From Catajapyx aquilonaris (lineage: Eukaryota): DNA of 64,000 nucleotides. The notes under the pieces are model-generated. The model made no database searches. It was not told the origin of the DNA and worked only from the letters and a program-made list of their open reading frames with translations. The DNA is taken from the NCBI GenBank assembly GCA_000934665.2, contig KZ538381.1:1-64000 (forward strand), in the 5' to 3' direction. The position numbers were made by a program, and so were the translations under genes. Of the stretch, positions 54,280 through 64,000 are shown in pieces (positions within the stretch are counted from its first letter, which is position 1; each line of letters begins with the position of its first letter).

Positions 54280-57200
54280 TTCTCTTATATAGGATAGCGA
54301 ATATAGCACATATGGATACAGTCGTGACACCTGCAATTGGGTAAATGGCTCCCGAATATATCGGCCTCCCAGGCGACATCTACAGGAGATTGAGTATTAC
54401 TATTTTGGCACCTTGGAATGGTCTGAAGTGGAAGGCACATCCTCCAGATATTGTACTAAACCTGCCAAAAATGATCGGACCAGTCGAAAATAAATAGCGC
54501 GACCGGAAGCTGTGCCTCCAATACGCTACCAATACAATACAGGTCGCCAGGGGCAGAGGATGTGTTGGTCGGCCCCAGCGCCACCTGGCCGCGCACATTA
54601 AATATAATTTCGACTGTGCCATTTTTTTTTGTGTGCCAAGCCTAGTACAATTATAAATTCGTCATTTTTTTCGCGGTGTCCTGGAGAAGATGGTAACGAG
54701 CCCACACATCTCCGGCCTTACTTTCGATCATATGAGATTGATGGTTGTTGCGGCGCTCCTAAATGGCGCCAGGGAGACTGGCTCGAAGCCATCTGGTGGG
54801 GGAGGAACGTTGGTTGGATGGGGCTACTTACTTCTTCCTAAGAGGCAAAGAAAACAAAAAAGATCATAAAATTAAACATTTGATCATGTGTGATAAATGT
54901 GTACACAATATGAACGGGGGCATGACAATCGATCATTTTTCTTATCATAAATATTATTGTATAGGGGTCTCTTAATAAATAAGTTCCTCAGCTGCGGGTT
55001 TTGGGTCATGCATATTCAACGCAGCTCAAGAAGAGACATCGGTTTGGCCAATTTCAACCGTTCCTCACAATTTATATGTTACGGCTGAATTCACAACAAC
55101 GCAACGGAAGGAAGGTATAGTCTTCCTGCATTTTAAGCAGAAAATATGTATATTAAAAAAAAACCATCTTCCAACTTGGCATTTGTACAAATATTTGCGG
55201 GCTTCTTTATGCACTCCTTATTCTTGGATTGTGATTTAAAATAATACGTCAACCATGAATTGGTGAAAATAAGTGCTGGCTCAATTTACTTATACCGTAT
55301 AATTATTTTTAAATATGCCAAAAATGTAGTGTGTCGCACATTAAATATAGTGGACTCTCGTTTGAACCAGAATGTAGCTCGCAAATGGGGAATATAAACT
55401 GAAAAATATCGTTTTGAAGTGGGCTAAATCCCTTAGTCAAACGTTCAGACTTCCAGAATGAGGGAGGTGGTGAGGGAGGGAGGCAAAAAAGTGGAGAGGC
55501 AGGTGGGGGAGGGGGGGGGGGTAGCAGAGTGGTTGACCCCCCCACCACCCCTCCCGCCCATCCGTACCTCCCACCCACCGAGATTCTACTTGTGTGGCCC
55601 GGCTACGTTGCCAAATTAGGAATATATCCCGAGTGGACCCGCCCGAAACGAATCTCCCGAATTTTTTGCATAAATAAATTCATACATTAGACGCTTTTAA
55701 AAAAGGTGGAAAAAAACCACGAGCGGTATGTGCACTTGAAAGTTGCACGATACGACATGCAACATACTGAATCTACTATATAATATTTGTCAGTAATCAG
55801 CATATGGCTTTACCACCTACTGCCGTCTCATTCAAGCATTCAAATCACGTGTTGGCCGCCTTTATTTCGCACGCGATCTTATTTTTAGTGACGTATAAAA
55901 TATTAGAATCGTACCATTATGCTTCGGACTGAAACGTGCCAGGGTGATAGGTCCCACATTGCACATTGTCAAGTTGGAATGAAAAGTACCAATTTGGTCG
56001 ATTTTTCTTCTTCAGCACTGCCAATATTTTTTTTTTGGTATTAACTATGGATCGTAATCGGCACTTACAGTAACAGGAAGCAATTATTTTTGTCTAGTTG
56101 ATATGCCATGCAAATAGCTTTTGCAATGGACATTTACGTGAGTGCCAAACGGCATGTACCCATAATTATTCAGTAGTTATTATTTTAAAAACCTGACAAG
56201 TAATAAACCTGCATTTTGCGACGCTCCTGTGCTACCGCGGCATAAATTATTTCAGACACATTTCGCTTTGGATATCACATTTAACTGATGTTACACCCAT
56301 TTATCCAGCTCGTTTTATTTTTTTAAACAAAAATCTTATTCAAATGCACTCACCCTACTGAAGAAAAATCTGCAATGTGAATCAGATTACTTTGACACAT
56401 CAGGTCCATTTTATGTCACCAATTATTCATTTACCACCCATACCAAAAAGGTCACCTACAAATAATTTTTTTTGACCAATCCATCCAATATTTGCCAGCT
56501 TTTCCAAGACTGAATGACTATACCAGAAAGAATCAATGGTGTAAATGAACAGGTCCTGAATCTTGTTTCGGGGTGGGCCAAAACCGGCAACCTCTCCAAC
56601 CTTCCTTTTCATGATGAAGACGTTAAAGTTTTTGACGCAGCGACAAAAAAGCAGGCGGAGGTTTAGCGTGGAAGGAAATGTTCGCGTTTTTTTATATATA
56701 TATTATTCCAACCCATCCCCCCCACATCCGATCATCCCGTGCCAATTGCCATGTCCGGAGGCCACAGATACACCAACCGGAAGGACACCGGACACGAGCT
56801 ACCGGTCTTCCTGCCTAGGTCCTGCCAACCCTAAACATAAAAGAGGGGCCAAAATTCGGCTCAAGTCTCCCGGCTCTATTTTATCTGCTGCCACCCACAA
56901 CAAGTGGCCGGGAGTAAAATAAAAAAAATATAATAATAATAAAAAAAATGGGAGAATGAGCTTGAATGGCATCTGGACGATGAGCGGCATTGTCGCGGCA
57001 ATTATTGTCAAAAAAGAGGGGTAGAAAGAGCAGAGTCACTGCCACCAGGTGGGGGGGGGGTGGGGGGGGGGATGTTGTTTTCAACTAATTATTGACAATA
57101 TTCCAGCCTTGTAAATAATTAATAATTACAGGACAATTCACGGTGAGAACTTGTAGAAAGTGAGTTATGGCCTAATTGGGCAATAATTATCATGTCAGGA

Positions 57201-60200
57201 CAATGCATGACAGCCATGGCAATTATATTACAATGCGTGATTATGACGTCAGTTCTGGCAGTGTTGGTTCGTCTGAAGAGTCAAATTATGGAGGAAACTT
57301 TATGTACCGCGATAATCTTATATGGTAATTTTTTTTTTTGCGAATTAAAATATGACGAATATCTTTCCAGCCAGGGTGTATGATATGCAATATATTTCAG
57401 TGTTGCTGAAATAAGTGTTCCACTTCAAAAGCCCAAGTTTTCCAACGTGACTGACTTCGTTTCCTTATCTTGTTATAGAAGAACCAAAAGGGTTTTTTAA
57501 AGCTAATCGTGCAGGCTGGATCTATATAAGGGTCTAATTAGGTCTTAGTCATGTAGCTAATGCATGTGTCATGACCCAGACATGTTTTCGGCTTTGAAAA
57601 AACTGAAGCTCTTTATAAAAGCCCAACCACCCCTCCTTGAAAAAAAAAACACTAATGAGATGGCCAGTCGATAAGAAATCGGTTAATCTCCCGGCCAGGT
57701 AGGAAGGGAATCGCAAAAATCCTACCTTCTTCCACCTTTGCAAACAGTATAATGAACGCGACCCGGTTTATTGATTCCCCACGAAAGCGTAATCGTCAAC
57801 TCAATCTTGATGTCACAATTGAGTCACTGATTTGGCTAGGCAGGTCAGCGTATAGAGCAAGCGTATACTTCTTGCGGCAAAAAAAAGAAAGTCTGATGCT
57901 ATAGTGCATATAATATTATAGCAAAGACCTCATCATTCACTTACTCAGAATGACGACAAAGGGTGCATGGTCTCTTATATGGTTCTTTTTTTTGACATGG
58001 GCTATTGGGTGCCAATTTTGGTTGGGTGGTATATTATAGATTTCTGTCCTTCAGAGTAGTTACATAATAGTTGGGTTCAACGTTTCGGCCCACAGACGGT
58101 AACAATTCGTATATTTTGGGTTTTTGGTTGAGTGGGGATTGTTTGTCATTTGTATCAGTTTTGTAATATTTGAGATGGTCACGGCCGTTTCATCGCACAT
58201 TTGTCAGCGATATTTCGTCTGAGTCGATTACATTGCACTAACCAACGTCCATAATAAGATTATAAGTACCAATCTGATGGTCAAATTATCACGTTTGTCT
58301 CGCCTACTCAACTAAAGCGTGAAGAACGAGATAGAGGCCAGAACGAAGATCACCCGGAATTATAATAAAAAGGCCCCCAAGAATCCTGGAAAGTGAGTGG
58401 TCATAAACAGTTTTAGTATACTACTGAACACACGTTGTTCATTTTGTTGGCAAGTTACGGTTCACGCTGTTGGAGACAAGATAATCCCAAAGATACATAT
58501 AAATCACCCACCAAACTTTCTAGACCGGACATGAAAATGGAGGCGTCCTTTAGTGTGGCTCAATCACCTGAGGATCTGACTGCGTCCCCCTCTCCCATTT
58601 GGATGCATATTATGTTAGCAAATGGGATGGATCATCGCCCGCTGATCTATTCCGGACTGAAAGCGTGGGGTGCGCGTTACAATGTGCCGTTGGGAGGTTG
58701 TAGTTGACCTGTGACCCGTGAATGGGGTCGCGACGCATGCGCAGTCACGTACTTACAGAGCTCGTCCATGTCTAGGAGATAATCTGGGAGCCTACCCCTC
58801 GCGCGACTTATTTTTTCATGCTGCCATCATTATTTTGAAAGCGAACATCTTCTCAATCAATCATTTGCGAATACATAATTCATCTCCTCGCTTCGGCCTC
58901 CGTGGGAGATTTTTAACCCCCTTTTATTTACACCCACCGCCCTCCCCTTATATGCACCCCCCTTCTTATGTACTCAACAAAAGGGTGTGTAAGAGACACC
59001 GGCACAGGATCCATATTCACGGCAATAAACTCTTAAACTTATATACTTAGCATTAGGTAAGGTTGGTCACATTCGAGGTGAAAATTGCTTAATTTATGTC
59101 GCCCAAGGTGATTGATTTCACTCTTCTCGGGAACCTGCAGTAAACACCGTATCTTGGCCGCTCAATCCCTGGCTTCCAAGAAGAGGTGTATTAATCACAC
59201 TCAGCCACTCAGGTATATAAAAAGGGGCTATGAATTACACCTGCGTCTGGAATCTTTTACAGTTTAGCAAATCGGAAATTAAATTTTAAAAATTTCAATT
59301 TTGCTGATATAGCTGCTGCCAGTTGGATTCACATAGCCGGCAAAGATGAATGTGCTTTTAAAAGCTATATTTTTCTGCGTTGGTGAAAGAGCTGCTAATG
59401 TGTTATAAGGTGAGGTGGTAAGCACCTGTAAGCCTCAGCTGTAATTAGGGATTATCATTTGGTCGGGAGTTTAGGGAGACGACTGGCCTTTTCCCTCCAT
59501 CCACTGGGACTAATTATGATCCTTAAGTAGAGCTAACTGCGGGTCCAAACATATCCACAAAAAAGGAGAAATAAAAACGAGGAGAGGTTGTCCTTATTGC
59601 ACGCTTTGTGCTTGGTGGCGACTCCGCCCTCTATCTACCGGCTCTAGAAAAAAAAACTGCCTATTTCGCTACGGTTTGAGGTCAAATGTTCCCTTTTATT
59701 GCCTATAACCCTCTTATAGGTCCTGCCATAAAAATGTCCATCATCATCAGAAAAAGTCAAAATTTCGATACAAAAGAAGAGAAAGGATTACGCCCTTCCC
59801 CAGGATGGTCTTTTTCTGCGCCTTTTTAGAGCACGAGTCAGTGGAATTTTTTTCTTTAATCTGCTTTCCGCGCCTTTGTTCCCACGGCCCATTTCGAATT
59901 TTGCTTCATAAAAATCTTTTAACTTTGGATGGAGGATCCAATAAAATTCTTCCGAAAGTCCCCTATCTTCTTCAGACATCCACCTATAGAGTCAATCAGA
60001 TTGCAATGTAGTTCGTAAAATAATATTTATTATTTCCACTTTTCTGTTGCAGTTATACATAATACAATCATGTAATACTGTACATATTGTGTACGTCTCA
60101 GAAAAAAAATCGATTTGTTTTACTAAATTAATTGAGCCTCTTAATACTGAATAAATCAAAGCGACGAAAATGCGCATGGCGATAAGTTATCCGATCCTCG

Positions 60201-60552
60201 GCTCGAACTTGGGACTTCAGAGGTGGCGTGGCAAAGGCGGTTAGTAGATCTCGGTATAGCCTGCAACGCAACTTTCGTTTTTATCTTAGGAACCTATCAG
60301 GGTTCAAACTGAGACGCTTTAAAAGCCCCCAAAAAGGACCACAGTGAAGGGTCAGAAGTAAAGTGGGCGGCAGAAGTCTTTCTGACCGACAAGAATCTAG
60401 CCCAGAATCGGCTCTATTTACAACACGAGATAATAAATCTCAACTTGAATACCGGAATATGTATAGAAACAGTGTAATTGTTATTTCAAACCAATTTTTG
60501 ACGCACCATCCAATTCCTACCATATATAATGTTGGAAGCACATGTAGTCCCC

Positions 60553-60706
60553 NNNNNNNNNNNNNNNNNNNNNNNNNNNNNNNNNNNNNNNNNNNNNNNN
60601 NNNNNNNNNNNNNNNNNNNNNNNNNNNNNNNNNNNNNNNNNNNNNNNNNNNNNNNNNNNNNNNNNNNNNNNNNNNNNNNNNNNNNNNNNNNNNNNNNNNN
60701 NNNNNN
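60553..60706. other. Assembly gap (154 N) flanked by C-runs
   Basis: N run in the sequence. Confidence 1.
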
Positions 60707-63700
60707 CGTCCCCCCCCCCCCCCCAAAAAAAAAGCACTGGCAGAAAAAAAATAGGTTTGATTGAATCACGAACACATTATTTGGTCTCGCATGAGCGAAA
60801 TGGCCTTAAATAAATATCATTCCGGTGGCGGACGAGTGAGTGCTTTACCTGGCTCCCCTTTTACAACATCACAACTTAGGTCCCCTCTCGTAACGCATTG
60901 CCCACGATAATAGTTTGTAATGGGACCCAATTTCGGAGCGAAAATTGTTTCTTGCAAGAAGAGATGTGTCTTTATCACAACCGAGTACTGTACGACTCCT
61001 TCTCTAAACATACCTTTCAGAAAGGATGAAAAATAATCGTGGAAAAAAAACAACAAGCAGCCGGCTTGATTATTTTCTCATGGGAAAATTGGACCTCGTT
61101 AGGGTACAGCTATTACCCGGACAAAATAATGATGCACGAGTCACTAGCTGGGACACTGACGATACAATGTAGCCTAGACATATAAATTAGTCCTCCCACT
61201 ATAGCAAACTTCTAATTCCGAAACTCTGCAAAGGACCAGCAATAATACTGCCTGCTGCAATGACTTTGTCCAACCAACCCTGGCCGAATGTGACAGTCTG
61301 AAATTAATTAGCGGTCGTAAATGGGCCAAGTGACGTAGCTGGTGGGTGAGTCCGCAAATGGGGGGTGGAAGGGGAGGATGGGTGGTGGGTCCTTAGTTCC
61401 TTCATGATCCTTGCCATGCGAAAGAGAATGATGGCTGTGGGGCCGTAGGGGCCCTCGGGGGCCACCGCCTCTCCGTGTGTGGTCCTCGCCGTCAACCAGG
61501 TGCCGGTGACGTCACCCGCTCGGCCACCACTGGATCTTGGGAATAAGAACAACTAGGAATGCGGCCTACCTGCCAAACGGAACCTGGTACACTATAAACG
61601 TAAAAGTGTGGATGGCTCCAGTGCTCGGACGGACCAGCCAACGTCCACTGACAGACCTCAATTTTTGGGGGGAAACTACTTTTTTTTTTACCTTTGAGGA
61701 AGGCCCCCCTTCTTTTTTGGGAGATGGACGTGGCCAACTCATTTGGGCCCTTGCTTGTTTTGACAGGCGAGCGACCCCCCGCCAAACTACAACCATTCTT
61801 TTTCTTCCTCTTCGGAGACTTCAGCTCTCGGCTGGAAAGGTAACCAGGATTGGTAAAAAAAAAAAGGGGATGGAAAGACGCGTGTGAGACGCTGCGACAT
61901 TTTGGATGCTCTAGTATTCACCTGTCACATGGTCCGTTTTTTAAAAATGGTGGTTTTAATCATGGGGGACGTAATAAATCATGGATGTGTATACAAAGCC
62001 GGCATGTATAATTTAACTGGTGCATATATGTAGAATGAACGGTTTGGATGTATGTAATTAACTTGTCCGCGTGGCTTGCGGATAGGGTATTTTTCCTGTA
62101 ATTAAGTTATACAGGAGGTTAAATTTTATGTTGCACAGTGTATGGGGTGGGAAGAAAGGTGTGTATACTTTGTCTCGGAATTTAGGCGCTTCTTGCGTAT
62201 TTCTAATATGAGATTACCCTAGTTGATTTTGGCGGTTTCGGCTTCAATGTACTGGTTAAGTTTTGAATGACAACATATGCTGCTGATACAGGGTTAATCC
62301 TGCACGCCAGGTGACCTACTCGTATGTGGTATATGTTACCTGGTGCGTACACAGTATGATCCATAACACCAAAGTGTATTGCAATTCAAAACTCAACAAT
62401 CGATTATTCCCGTAATGAAGGGAAATCGCCAAAATAAACTAGGGTAATCTCGTATTAGAACTTCGCAAGAAGCCTAAATCTGTGAGGAAGTGCGCCTATA
62501 CTACCTCGTATAGGCCTATAGTTGTTTTTTTTCCGCCGCAGCTATTATTCTATATGAAGTATTATTTACCCCTTAATGTGATTTACTATTAACTTTATTT
62601 TTAACAATTCTCACTTAATTACTAACTGCTGTATTTGCTGCTAATATTACCAACATAAGTATCGCTCTTCACAACTTTTTCTAAATGATGCATATAATCT
62701 TCCATCTTTATTTGAAAGGGAGAGCGTTGTAAGGCAATTACTCTAGACGTAATTGTAAATTCCCTTTGACATCATCAGGGCGCGGTTTTTCAACCCCTCA
62801 TATAAATGCACAAACGATAAGGTTACTTCACCGCTTAAAAAACTGTAAGCTATCTGATGATGATATTTGAGATAGTGTCTTTTAACCGACCAAGTGTGCA
62901 TGATTTAACTTAATGTGAAGCAGCAGTGCCGGTATTGTCGATGTGAATATGCGATAAAAACTATATACCGAATATAAATATCAATTCAATGAAGCAAAGA
63001 ATTAGATATACACAGGATAGCACTACTGATTATATTATCAGACCCAGCGCAATATGGCAATATGAAACACTGTGCGTAGTAGCGAATAAGTAAAAGCTAT
63101 AAAGCGATTCTCAAGTACATTATTCAGTCTCGGGAGTTGGCCATGAGTTCCATGGCCAAAAAGGCCACACGAAAGTTGTTTATGCTTCGGACAATAACAA
63201 AATCAATTCAACGTATTGGTAGGGTATATGCTCAGATGTTGTCATCGTGACTGCTGCAGCATGACCAACTCCTTCATCCAAAACTACTGCAGGGTGTGAT
63301 TATTAAACCCCAGCCTTATTTTTCCAACCTATGGGTAATTTTTTAATTGCCTGAGACTGATGCAGGGATTTAGCAATGACATTTCTTTCGTCTCGGTGAT
63401 CATATTTATTCATCTATTTCTTCTTACGCAACACGATACACCAATACAGTACGTTACTCCTCAAAACGGTGATGTGAAACGCCATCTGATATTTAAAAAT
63501 GCAATAATTAATGGTAGGCCGACATAAATTATTCCTACTTCCATCTGATAACGCCCAGTCCCAACGTATTGCACACTGTCCCACGCCAAATATTAGCCCA
63601 TCACACATTACCATTTGAACCTCGTTACAGGTTCTCATGCAGGCGACAATTAAATTATTCCCTAATATCACGCTAAACTTTACATCCGTTTGTTATTCCA

Positions 63701-64000
63701 TTCTATCCCAGCACCACTTACTCCCTATTGTATACGGTGTGAGAATTAACGCCAAAGTGCAAATGTATTACTAATGATTTCCTTTTCCCGAGTGTTAAAA
63801 TGAGCAGTGAATCGTCTGCTGCTTGGGAGAAAAAGAATGGAATTGGCACGCATATTCCTTCAGGGCTTTAAACTAAAAAAAGCGACATACGAAGGCCATT
63901 CACTTCCTTCCCCATTGACTACAACTTGACCTCTTGTCCCCATCATCGGATATGTGCAAAAAGACTAGCGATAATCAATGAGGTGTCTTTCTGAAAGAGA

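Noticed and set aside
60553..60706. Possibility that gene 2 exon 1 is hidden in the gap
   Set aside because: Flanks are homopolymeric and non-coding and the stated gap is short; cannot be fully excluded if the gap size is underestimated.
46915..64000. Search for the invected-type 6-nt Arg-Ser microexon (ag GNCGNA gt)
   Set aside because: No convincing match by eye. TCCGAA at 55923-55928 (-) has a GC-ATAA donor; a 9-nt candidate near 50077-50085 and a 6-nt one near 59241-59246 have poor acceptor context. It may lie beyond the window.

Overview
Eukaryotic, almost certainly arthropod, genomic DNA (AT-rich, microsatellites, SINEs and MITEs, one 154-N gap) containing the engrailed/invected locus. 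Two engrailed-family homeobox genes face each other tail-to-tail, with about 20.8 kb between stop codons. Gene 1 (+) is complete: exon 1 at 16859-17099 (EH1, EH2), an 8.3-kb phase-1 intron, and exon 2 at 25400-25743 (EH3, homeodomain, EH5), giving 194 aa. Gene 2 (-) shows only its homeobox exon (46914-46535); its EH1/EH2 exon was not found, so its intron probably exceeds 17 kb. The two homeobox exons are identical at every base over 187 nt and at 249 of 253 nt overall, while their flanks do not align, which points to gene conversion between inverted paralogues. Other signals: an excess of perfect Gli/Ci sites, a SINE group that mixes head and tail modules, V-domain SINE remnants, nested MITEs, and candidate cryptic exons in both introns. 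Most other ORFs in the track look spurious. All alignments were done by eye.
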